64,000 nucleotides of DNA, taken from positions 18,602,001-18,666,000 of the forward strand of contig NC_087245.1 of the NCBI RefSeq assembly GCF_037042905.1, given 5' to 3'. A program made the position numbers and the translations under genes. The notes below the pieces were generated by a model, which was not told the DNA's origin, searched no databases, and saw only the letters and a program-made list of their open reading frames with translations. This DNA is from Lytechinus pictus. Taxonomy: Eukaryota. Positions 52,350-63,888 of the stretch are shown piece by piece; position 1 is the stretch's first letter; every line of letters starts with the position of its first letter.

Positions 52350-53606
52350 CAGAGCTGCCAAATAGTACGATTTTGTCGTATTCCGTACGATTTTTCACTT
52401 AAAATACGACACTAGGATTCTTACAAATAAAATACGATTTTTTGAAAATATAGCTATGGTAAGGCTCGACATAACAGAAATCCACCTCGGGCAATCATTA
52501 TTGAAAAATGTTAAGTTTTGGTGGCCCGAATCGGGCAACCAATAATTTTCAAAGTAGCGCAATTTTTCTCCCGATTTTGCACCATTTATCAACTTTATAC
52601 AGTTCAAATTGCAACCAATTCGTCATGCGCCCTTTTTGTTGATCTACACACAAATACACACACACATGACAGTACATAGGCTTACCGCTCTAGCTAGCAT
52701 ACAGTAGCTATTATCCAGCCGGCCGGCTGGCGTGCGTGAGCTTTGCATGAAACCACTGCAGCTACATGTAGCTATCTGTGCGCTATCAGCCTATTCAGAC
52801 TCGGGGAGCTACGATACGAAATGTTGCTGCTAAGATATCTTCCACAGAACTTTGAAAATCTATTTGCAAGCATTAAAAACAGGAATTATGACCTCTCTTT
52901 TGACTCAAAAAGACCGATTTCCAAATGTATTAATACACATAAAAACACATAGGTGAGTACATCACAGTCCCATATGTGCATTTGTATGTATGTTGATACT
53001 TGGTTTCTTTCGAAGCTGTGTCTTTTCTAGCAAAAAATAAGCAGACAGTTTTTTCCTTTTTGTCTCACCTGCATAGCAGAGTGAGACTATAGGCGCCGCT
53101 TTTCCGACGGCGGCGGCGGCGGCGGCGTCAACACCAAATCTTAACCTGAGGTTAAGTTTTTGAAATGACAGCATAACTTAGAAAGTATATGGACCTAGTT
53201 CATGAAACTTGGCCATAAGGTTAATCAAGTATTACTGAACATCCTGCCTGAGTTTCATGTCACATGACTAAGGTCAAAGGTCATTTAGGGTCAATGAACT
53301 TAGACCATGTTGGGGGAATCAACATCAAAATCTTAACCTAAGGTTAAGTTTTTGAAATGTCATCATAACTTAGAAAATATATGGACCTAGTTCATGAAAC
53401 TTATACATAAGGTTAATCAAGTATCACTGAACATCCTGCATGAGTTTCACGTCACATGACCAAGGTCAAATTACAGTGAGCACAACAAAATAATGAGATG
53501 TATAGTAGGAAAGTACACGACGGGTATGAATAGGATTTTTTGTCTAAAAATAGGATTTTTTGGGTGAAATAATAGGTTTTTTTGTCAAGTGTGGTTGGCA
53601 GCTCTG
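52350..53606. mobile_element. hAT-like composite element with a 6-bp TSD carrying fragments of two other elements
   Basis: Perfect TIR CAGAGCTGCCAA; TSD GCTCAG (52344-52349, 53607-53612). The interior holds an inverted copy of ~25380-26070 and a truncated HINE (53057-53470). Confidence 0.8.
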
Positions 53607-53945
53607 GCTCAGGAATGTGCTGCTCACTTTTGATTTTTTTTGCTATTGTTTGAATGGTCTTTGGTATTATTTGCTTTACTGGTTTTTAATTCTAATCATT
53701 TCATTTTCTTCATGTTATACATAAAATGGATTGTAGCTATGCCTAATGTTTGTTGTTGTCATTGATTACTCCTTGAGTAGATTTTTCGTTTTAAAAAAAT
53801 TGTCTTTTCCCTTTCTAAAAACGGCATTTGTTGTGTGCTAAATTCAGTTATGGAATTCGGAAAAAAGTATGTAAGTGGCAAAAAGATTTTGATGTTAATA
53901 TTATCACATCAATTCATTTCAATAATGTCTTTATTTTTCCAACAG

Positions 53946-53988
53946 GCAAAAAGAACAGAAGGAAAAGGACCAAGTAGAAGCAATACAG
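53946..53988 (+). CDS. SSB: La coding exon 8
   Basis: (E)QKEQKEKDQVEAIQ|gtaaga; phases fit both neighbours. Confidence 0.9.
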
Positions 53989-54081
53989 GTAAGAATCCTC
54001 CAATATTCAGCCACAGTAACACACTAGTTACATGAAAATGGAATGAACAAATAAATGTAACGTCCTTAATGTTATTGATAT

Positions 54082-54193
54082 TCTCCTGAAGACGACAAGA
54101 ACACACTTGTCGAATCGTCGAGATTGGGTGGTCCTTTTCAGAACCAACACTTGCCCAAGAAAGATATATGGTCTACCGTGAAACCTACTACAC
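54082..54193 (+). mobile_element. Penelope-like solo repeat starting with a minimal hammerhead-ribozyme motif
   Basis: TCTC-CTGAAGA-C-GACAAG-AACACA-CTTGTC-GAAt-C-GTC-GAGA (54082-54123); 12-bp TSD TGTTATTGATAT (54070-54081, 54194-54205). Confidence 0.7.
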
Positions 54194-54580
54194 TGTTATT
54201 GATATCATTCTTCATTTTACATTATGTGTAAAAACGAGTAGAGTGTTATTTATTACACATTTAATAGAAAATGAGAAAACAAAATGCCTTGAAGCAGTAA
54301 GATTGTATCAAGTTGTAGTACATGTATGTACGTGATGACACCTTTTAGTGTGATTTTGAAATGTGATAGATTTATATTCTTTCTATATTGGAGTTAATGA
54401 TCAGAGAGCTCACAGGTAGCCACTACTCACTATTATTTTGTCTCATTTCACAGTAAATGAAGAAAAAAATGAGCAAACGGACAGGATTGTTGCAAGATAT
54501 GAATTGAAGTTCAATTGATCTTGACCACCCATTCACATGTGTCGAAGATACAGTACATGTCACAGAAAACCATCCTTTTA

Positions 54581-57500
54581 TTCACTTCAGTGGTGTACTA
54601 ACGATCAGGGATCGATAGAAGGATAGCATGTCATGTTAATTCTTTCTCATCTCATTTTAGAGTGAGTTTGATGATTAGAAGTCTTCACTTCAGTGGTGTT
54701 ATAACAAACAGGCATCAAAAAAAGGGTAGCATGTCATGTTAATTCTTTCTCATCTCATTTTAGAGTGAGTTTGATGATTATAAGTCTTCACTTCAGTGGT
54801 GTTATAACAAACAGGCATCAAAAGAAGGGTAGCATGTCATGTTTAATTCTTTCTCATCTCATTTTAGAGTGAGTTTGATGATTAGAAGTCTTCACTTCAG
54901 TGGTGTTATAACAAACAGGCATCAAAAAAAGGGTAGCATGTCATGTTAATTCTTTCTCATCTCATTTTAGAGTGAGTTTGATGATTAGAAGTCTTCACTT
55001 CAGTGGTGTTATAACAAACAGGCATCAAAAGAAGGGTAGCATGTCATGTTTAATTCTTTCTCATCCCATTTTAGAGTGAGTTTGATGACTATGAGAAGGG
55101 TTGTGTTCTTCACTACAGTGGTGTAATAATGATCAGGGATCGAGAGAATGATAGCATGTCATGTTTAATTCTTTCTCATCCCATTTTAGAGTGAGTTTGA
55201 TGACTATGAGAAGGGTTGTGTTCTTCACTACAGTGGTGTAATAACGATCAGGGATCAAGAGAAGGGTAGCATGTCATGTTTAATTCTTTCTCATCTCATT
55301 TTAGAGTGAGTTTGATGATTAGAAGTCTTCACTTCAGTGGTGTACTAACGATCAGGGATCAAGAGAAGGATAGCATGTCATGTTTAATTCTTTCTCTTCC
55401 CATTTTAGAGTGAGTTTGATGATTAGAAGTCTTCACTTCAGTGGTGTACTAACGATCAGGGATCAAGAGAAGGATAGCATGTCATGTTTAATTCTTTCTC
55501 TTCCCATTTTAGAGTGAGTTTGATGATTAGAAGTCTTCACTTCAGTGGTGTACTAACGATCAGGGATCAAGAGAAGGATAGCATGTCATGTTTAATTCTT
55601 TGATGTCCCATTTTAGAGTGAGTTTGATGACTATGAGAAGGGTTGTGTTCTTCACTTGAGTGGTGTAATAACGATCAGGGATCAAGAGAAGGATAGCATG
55701 TCATGTTTAATTCTTTGATGTCCCATTTTAGAGTGAGTTTGATGACTATGAGAAGGGTTGTGTTCTTCACTTCAGTGGTGTACTAACGATCAGGGATCGA
55801 GAGAATGATAGCATGTCATGTTTAATTCTTTGATGTCCCATTTTAGAGTGAGTTTGATGACTATGAGAAGGGTTGTGTTCTTCACTACAGTGGTGTAATA
55901 ACGATCAGGGATCGAGAGAATGATAGCATGTCATGTTTAATTCTTTGATGTCCCATTTTAGAGTGAGTTTGATGACTATGAGAAGGGTTGTGTTCTTCAC
56001 TACAGTGGTGTAATAATGATCAGGGATCGAGAGAATGATAGCATGTCATGTTTAATTCTTTGATGTCCCATTTTAGAGTGAGTTTGATGACTATGAGAAG
56101 GGTTGTGTTCTTCACTTCAGTGGTGTAATAACGATCAGGGATCAAGAGAAGGATAGCATGTCATGTTTAATTCTTTGATGTCCCATTTTAGAGTGAGTTT
56201 GATGACTATGAGAAGGGTTGTGTTCTTCACTTCAGTGGTGTACTAACGATCAGGGATCGAGAGAAGGATAGCATGTCATGTTTAATTCTTTGATGTCCCA
56301 TTTTAGAGTGAGTTTGATGACTATGAGAAGGGTTGTGTTCTTCACTACAGTGGTGTAATAATGATCAGGGATCGAGAGAAGGATAGCATGTCATGTTTAA
56401 TTCTTTCTCATCCCATTTTAGAGTGAGTTTGATGACTATGAGAAGGGTTGTGTTCTTCACTTCAGTGGTGTAATAACGATCAGGGATCAAGAGAAGGATA
56501 GCATGTCATGTTTAATTCTTTCTCATCCCATTTTAGAGTGAGTTTGATGACTATGAGAAGGGTTGTGTTCTTCACTACAGTGGTGTAATAACGATCAGGG
56601 ATCAAGAGAAGGATAGCATGTCATGTTTAATTCTTTGATGTCCCATTTTAGAGTGAGTTTGATGACTATGAGAAGGGTTGTGTTCTTCACTACAGTGGTG
56701 TAATAACGATCAGGGATCAAGAGAAGGATAGCATGTCATGTTTAATTCTTTGATGTCCCATTTTAGAGTGAGTTTGATGACTATGAGAAGGGTTGTGTTC
56801 TTCACTTCAGTGGTGTACTAACGATCAGGGATCGAGAGAAGGATAGCATGTCATGTTTAATTCTTTGATGTCCCATTTTAGAGTGAGTTTGATGACTATG
56901 AGAAGGGTTGTGTTCTTCACTTCAGTGGTGTACTAACGATCAGGGATCGAGAGAATGATAGCATGTCATGTTTAATTCTTTGATGTCCCATTTTAGAGTG
57001 AGTTTGATGACTATGAGAAGGGTTGTGTTCTTCACTACAGTGGTGTAATAACGATCAGGGATCAAGAGAAGGATAGCATGTCATGTTTAATTCTTTGATG
57101 TCCCATTTTAGAGTGAGTTTGATGACTATGAGAAGGGTTGTGTTCTTCACTACAGTGGTGTAATAACGATCAGGGATCAAGAGAAGGATAGCATGTCATG
57201 TTTAATTCTTTGATGTCCCATTTTAGAGTGAGTTTGATGACTATGAGAAGGGTTGTGTTCTTCACTTCAGTGGTGTACTAACGATCAGGGATCGAGAGAA
57301 TGATAGCATGTCATGTTTAATTCTTTCTCATCCCATTTTAGAGTGAGTTTGATGACTATGAGAAGGGTTGTGTTCTTCACTACAGTGGTGTAATAACGAT
57401 CAGGGATCGAGAGAATGATAGCATGTCATGTTTAATTCTTTGATGTCCCATTTTAGAGTGAGTTTGATGACTATGAGAAGGGTTGTGTTCTTCACTACAG

Positions 57501-60500
57501 TGGTGTAATAATGATCAGGGATCGAGAGAAGGATAGCATGTCATGTTTAATTCTTTCTCATCCCATTTTAGAGTGAGTTTGATGACTATGAGAAGGGTTG
57601 TGTTCTTCACTACAGTGGTGTAATAACGATCAGGGATCAAGAGAAGGATAGCATGTCATGTTTAATTCTTTGATGTCCCATTTTAGAGTGAGTTTGATGA
57701 CTATGAGAAGGGTTGTGTTCTTCACTTCAGTGGTGTACTAACGATCAGGGATCGAGAGAAGGATAGCATGTCATGTTTAATTCTTTGATGTCCCATTTTA
57801 GAGTGAGTTTGATGACTATGAGAAGGGTTGTGTTCTTCACTACAGTGGTGTAATAACGATCAGGCATCAAGAGAAGGATAGCATGTCATGTTTAATTCTT
57901 TGATGTCCCATTTTAGAGTGAGTTTGATGACTATGAGAAGGGTTGTGTTCTTCACTACAGTGGTGTAATAACGATCAGGCATCAAGAGAAGGATAGCATG
58001 TCATGTTTAATTCTTTGATGTCCCATTTTAGAGTGAGTTTGATGACTATGAGAAGGGTTGTGTTCTTCACTTCAGTGGTGTACTAACGATCAGGGATCGA
58101 GAGAAGGATAGCATGTCATGTTTAATTCTTTGATGTCCCATTTTAGAGTGAGTTTGATGACTATGAGAAGGGTTATATTCTACACTACAGTGGTGTAATA
58201 ATGATCAGGGATCGAGAGAAGGATAGCATGTCATGTTTAATTCTTTGATGTCCCATTTTAGAGTGAGTTTGATGACTATGAGAAGGGTTGTGTTCTTCAC
58301 TACAGTGGTGTAATAATGATCAGGGATCGAGAGAAGGATAGCATGTCATGTTTAATTCTTTCTCATCCCATTTTAGAGTGAGTTTGATGACTATGAGAAG
58401 GGTTATATTCTACACTTCAGTGGTGTAATAATGATCAGGGATCGAGAGAAGGATAGCATGTCATGTTTAATTCTTTGATGTCCCATTTTAGAGTGAGTTT
58501 GATGACTATGAGAAGGGTTGTGTTCTTCACTTCAGTGGTGTAATAACGATCAGGGATCAAGAGAAGGATAGCATGTCATGTTTAATTCTTTCTCATCCCA
58601 TTTTAGAGTGAGTTTGATGACTATGAGAAGGGTTATATTCTACACTTCAGTGGTGTAATAATGATCAGGGATCGAGAGAAGGATAGCATGTCATGTTTAA
58701 TTCTTTGATGTCCCATTTTAGAGTGAGTTTGATGACTATGAGAAGGGTTGTGTTCTTCACTACAGTGGTGTAATAATGATCAGGGATCGAGAGAAGGATA
58801 GCATGTCATGTTTAATTCTTTGATGTCCCATTTTAGAGTGAGTTTGATGACTATGAGAAGGGTTGTGTTCTTCACTACAGTGGTGTAATAATGATCAGGG
58901 ATCGAGAGAAGGATAGCATGTCATGTTTAATTCTTTCTCATCCCATTTTAGAGTGAGTTTGATGACTATGAGAAGGGTTGTGTTCTTCACTTCAGTGGTG
59001 TAATAACGATCAGGGATCAAGAGAAGGATAGCATGTCATGTTTAATTCTTTGATGTCCCATTTTAGAGTGAGTTTGATGACTATGAGAAGGGTTGTGTTC
59101 TTCACTACAGTGGTGTAATAATGATCAGGGATCGAGAGAAGGATAGCATGTCATGTTTAATTCTTTGATGTCCCATTTTAGAGTGAGTTTGATGACTATG
59201 AGAAGGGTTGTGTTCTTCACTACAGTGGTGTAATAACGATCAGGGATCAAGAGAAGGATAGCATGTCATGTTTAATTCTTTCTCATCCCATTTTAGAGTG
59301 AGTTTGATGACTATGAGAAGGGTTATATTCTACACTTCAGTGGTGTAATAATGATCAGGGATCGAGAGAAGGATAGCATGTCATGTTTAATTCTTTGATG
59401 TCCCATTTTAGAGTGAGTTTGATGACTATGAGAAGGGTTGTGTTCTTCACTTCAGTGGTGTAATAACGATCAGGGATCAAGAGAAGGATAGCATGTCATG
59501 TTTAATTCTTTCTCATCCCATTTTAGAGTGAGTTTGATGACTATGAGAAGGGTTATATTCTACACTTCAGTGGTGTAATAATGATCAGGGATCGAGAGAA
59601 GGATAGCATGTCATGTTTAATTCTTTGATGTCCCATTTTAGAGTGAGTTTGATGACTATGAGAAGGGTTGTGTTCTTCACTACAGTGGTGTAATAATGAT
59701 CAGGGATCGAGAGAAGGATAGCATGTCATGTTTAATTCTTTGATGTCCCATTTTAGAGTGAGTTTGATGACTATGAGAAGGGTTGTGTTCTTCACTACAG
59801 TGGTGTAATAATGATCAGGGATCGAGAGAAGGATAGCATGTCATGTTTAATTCTTTCTCATCCCATTTTAGAGTGAGTTTGATGACTATGAGAAGGGTTG
59901 TGTTCTTCACTTCAGTGGTGTAATAACGATCAGGGATCAAGAGAAGGATAGCATGTCATGTTTAATTCTTTGATGTCCCATTTTAGAGTGAGTTTGATGA
60001 CTATGAGAAGGGTTGTGTTCTTCACTACAGTGGTGTAATAATGATCAGGGATCGAGAGAAGGATAGCATGTCATGTTTAATTCTTTGATGTCCCATTTTA
60101 GAGTGAGTTTGATGACTATGAGAAGGGTTGTGTTCTTCACTACAGTGGTGTAATAACGATCAGGGATCAAGAGAAGGATAGCATGTCATGTTTAATTCTT
60201 TGATGTCCCATTTTAGAGTGAGTTTGATGACTATGAGAAGGGTTGTGTTCTTCACTACAGTGGTGTAATAACGATCAGGGATCGAGAGAAGGATAGCATG
60301 TCATGTTTAATTCTTTGATGTCCCATTTTAGAGTGAGTTTGATGACTATGAGAAGGGTTGTGTTCTTCACTACAGTGGTGTAATAATGATCAGGGATCGA
60401 GAGAAGGATAGCATGTCATGTTTAATTCTTTGATGTCCCATTTTAGAGTGAGTTTGATGACTATGAGAAGGGTTGTGTTCTTCACTACAGTGGTGTAATA

Positions 60501-61186
60501 ATGATCAGGGATCGAGAGAAGGATAGCATGTCATGTTTAATTCTTTGATGTCCCATTTTAGAGTGAGTTTGATGACTATGAGAAGGGTTGTGTTCTTCAC
60601 TACAGTGGTGTAATAATGATCAGGGATCGAGAGAAGGATAGCATGTCATGTTTAATTCTTTCTCATCCCATTTTAGAGTGAGTTTGATGACTATGAGAAG
60701 GGTTGTGTTCTTCACTTCAGTGGTGTAATAACGATCAGGGATCAAGAGAAGGATAGCATGTCATGTTTAATTCTTTGATGTCCCATTTTAGAGTGAGTTT
60801 GATGACTATGAGAAGGGTTGTGTTCTTCACTACAGTGGTGTAATAATGATCAGGGATCGAGAGAAGGATAGCATGTCATGTTTAATTCTTTCTCATCCCA
60901 TTTTAGAGTGAGTTTGATGACTATGAGAAGGGTTGTGTTCTTCACTACAGTGGTGTAATAATGATCAGGGATCGAGAGAATGATAGCATGTCATGTTTAA
61001 TTCTTTGATGTCCCATTTTAGAGTGAGTTTGATGACTATGAGAAGGGTTGTGTTCTTCACTACAGTGGTGAAATAACGATCAGGGATCGAAAGAATGATA
61101 GCATGTCATGTTTAATTCTTTCTCATCCCATTTTAGAGTGAGTTTGATGACTATGAGAAGGGTTGTGTTCTTCACTTCAGTGGTGT
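54581..61186 (+). repeat. Tandem array (115-bp unit, with 103/104-bp variants at the 5' edge) made from the La intron-exon 9 junction
   Basis: Each unit is pyrimidine tract-TTTTAG|AGTGAGTTTGATGACTATGAGAAGGGTTGTGTTCTTCACT(A/T)CAGTGGTGT... There are 58 acceptor copies from 54660 to 61136; the last opens the real exon. Confidence 0.97.
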
Positions 61187-61277
61187 CAATGATCAAACAT
61201 CTCGGGAGGATCTCAAGGAACTCTTCAGTGATCATGGCACCATCCAATGGGTTGACTATGAGAGAGGACAGTCTGAG
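61137..61277 (+). CDS. SSB: La coding exon 9 (RRM2)
   Basis: [47 protein letters not shown]|gtaaga. Confidence 0.95.
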
Positions 61278-61323
61278 GTAAGAAGAAGTCGTGTATCACT
61301 TCTTGTATCACATGTGACCCATA

Positions 61324-61638
61324 GGCCTGTATTCCGAAGTCAGGTGTAACTTAGACTCTGGTCTAAAGCCGTGGTTTAACTATAGATAGCCAATATTGAC
61401 ATAAGTAATAAATCTCTTACATTAGAGGATCAACGAATCAGCTCATGTGACTCAAATCATTCTGAACTGTCTTGGAAGGATGAAGAAGATACTTTGTCTT
61501 CACTATTAAAGAATCAGAAAAGAGCAAAGTGAATATAAGCATACAATGCAAACAAAATTTTTACATGTTTGGCTTCCCATAATTATGTCACAGGGTTAGA
61601 CCATGGTCTTAGTTAAACCAGACTTCAGAATCTGGGCC
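61324..61638. mobile_element. Harbinger-like MITE
   Basis: Imperfect TIR GGCC...ATTC.GAAGTC.GGT.TAAC; 3-bp TSD ATA. Confidence 0.65.
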
Positions 61639-62367
61639 ATAGAGTCTACCATACAGACATCAAACTTGTATTTAGAAGTTTGAATTGCAAAAGTTGAAGA
61701 AAATAAGACCATTCCATGCTTTATTGGCTATTTATTACCAATATGTCATTACATTGAATATATTTGAATTTTTGAAAGTATTTTTTCAAGTGTCTGTTTA
61801 TTGAAATTCAACTGCTGCAAGATAAATTGCTGTTGTGATTGACCTTTAGTCCCTGTAATACAAAGGGAGATAAAAGAAATGGCTAGGTTACATAATGCGA
61901 GGTAATGAGAACTTGTTGATTGAAGCCATAGTTCAGCTTTGAAAGAAAGGTTCGGGGATAGACCTTTGGAAAAGGCTTTCTAGATGATCTAATTACTAAG
62001 TATGGTGGAGAGGGTAATGAGTCTTTAAAAAGAATGGTCCAAGAGCATGATAGTCAACGTGACACTTTATTTTAATAGTACAGTGATTGGGACAGGTCGG
62101 TACCCATCATGAAATTGACAGATCACTATTCACAGCTGACAATTAATAGGATCTTTTAGGGGAAAGTGACACGAAATAGGATTTTCCTCTCGAGATAGGA
62201 TTTTTAAACTTGTAAAAAGTAAGATTTTTGGTTGTTTCTCAAAATCGTAGACAAAATTAGGGCTTTAGGCTTGAAAATGGGTTAAAAAGAAATCAAGAAT
62301 AGTTATTTTTTTCACAATAAATGTTGGCAGTTCTCACTATTGATGAATATACTTCCTGTATGTCTAG

Positions 62368-62557
62368 GGAACAATCCGCTTCAGTGAGGATACCAAAGCA
62401 CAGGAAACGCTGGATAAGGCCAAAGCTGCCAAAGAGGGCGCTCTCCAAGTCCGAGGCTGTGAGATCACATTCCGTGTACTTGAAGGAGAAGAGGAGGAGC
62501 AGCACTGGATGAAGGTGTTTGAGGATAAATCAAGGGCTAGGCTAAAGAAACAACAAG
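62368..62557 (+). CDS. SSB: La coding exon 10 (RRM2)
   Basis: GTIRFSEDTKAQETLDKAK...ITFRVLEGEEEEQHWMKVFEDKSRARLKKQQ(g)|gtaatg. Confidence 0.95.
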
Positions 62558-63005
62558 GTAATGATCTGTGTTCATGAAAAAGCAAATATGGGACAATAGA
62601 TCTTTGAAGCCTTTATTCACCTCCAGAACAGCAACCACAGTAATAATGATTGGAAAATATGATGTTAATTTCATTCTATGTGAGGGATCAAACTGATAAC
62701 CAAGCTCTGCATGCTTGGTTAACATTTAGAACACCATTGCTGGCCAAATAGCATCTGATAAACTGACTCGATTTATTTCTTGCGATAGAATTGCAATCTA
62801 ATTCCCTCAATAATGCCAAAAGTACAACATAGTTTCATGATCAGAAAAATGAAATAAAAGCTTGGGCTATTTTAATCCTGACATGGCTCACAGAATTTAT
62901 ATAGCTGGTAATAATTTTCAAAGTAACGATTCCATGTTTAAATCAGGGATTTTTTTTTGCAATTGACTATATATCATTGGGGGTTTTCTCTTATATTGTT
63001 TTCAG

Positions 63006-63155
63006 GGAGGAGAGGTAAAAAGCAGAAGTGGTTTGAGAAGCGAGATAACCGACGAGGAGGAGATCGAGGACATCGGGATAGGGGAGATCAACAACAGATG
63101 GGCAAGAAGACAAAGTTTGAAAGTGACGATGAGGAGGGAAATGGAAATTCAGAAG
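63006..63155 (+). CDS. SSB: La coding exon 11 (basic/RG-rich region)
   Basis: (G)RRGKKQKWFEKRDNRRGGDRG...GKKTKFESDDEEGNGNSE(g)|gtttgt. Confidence 0.9.
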
Positions 63156-63778
63156 GTTTGTTTATCATGATTTGATCATAAAGGGGTATTTTTTCTTCAA
63201 AAATGTTGCTGATAATTAAAAAAATATTTTTAAACATCAAGTTCAAGTTAATATACAGGGCTCCATTCTTACAGTCTTTGCTTTTCTTGGGGCAATTCTA
63301 ATCTTTATGCATGTTTGTGCATTGTTTACTCTTGAGTTTTATGGAAAAGAAATTAATTGATATTCGTTTGTTTGTTTTTTCATTTGCTGTTTTAGAAAAT
63401 TATGTGTTTACATTAACTTCAATTTATTCACTATACCATAACATATTTGAGAACACGGTAGTGATTTCAGAATTTAATAGTAGATGTTCACACTATAAAG
63501 AAGGGCGTATGCACCATGGAGTGGGGCCTTAGATAAAAAAAAACAACTAAGTATTTGAATTGATTTAATTTTCATTAGAAATCATGTGCGATAGTGTCAC
63601 TAAGTTCTTTCTTCCTTCTGCATTATTTACTATTGTTTCATTCTTTTCATCCTTCCTCTCCTATCTAGTATGTTTAAGTACTTCCTTTTTACTCAATATT
63701 TTTTTAACCTTTTCATTACCACAATTACTAAATCCTTTCCTCATCAATTTGTTTTTCTCATCCACCTCTTCACTCCAG

Positions 63779-63888
63779 ATGTCAAACCTGAGCAGGATGT
63801 TAAACCTGAGCAGGGTGTCAAGCGACCGGCCGACGATGGAGATGCTGGTCAACCCTCGCCCAAGAAGGAGAAAACAGAAGACTCTTAA
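63779..63888 (+). CDS. SSB: La coding exon 12 (NLS and stop)
   Basis: (D)VKPEQDVKPEQGVKRPADDGDAGQPSPKKEKTEDS*. Confidence 0.9.

Larger units (their letters stand above)
45082..63888 (+). other. SSB: La/SSB gene, full coding span (12 coding exons, 1308 nt, 435 aa)
   Basis: Exons join in consistent phases with GT-AG boundaries. The product has the La motif (QIEYYFGDSNL..D.FL..G.WVPL..MIKFNRL), RRM1, RRM2 and a C-terminal bipartite NLS. Confidence 0.95.

Noticed and set aside
54581..61186. CRISPR array or repeat-protein coding region
   Set aside because: There are no unique spacers, the context is eukaryotic, the unit length is not a multiple of 3 and no long ORF is present.
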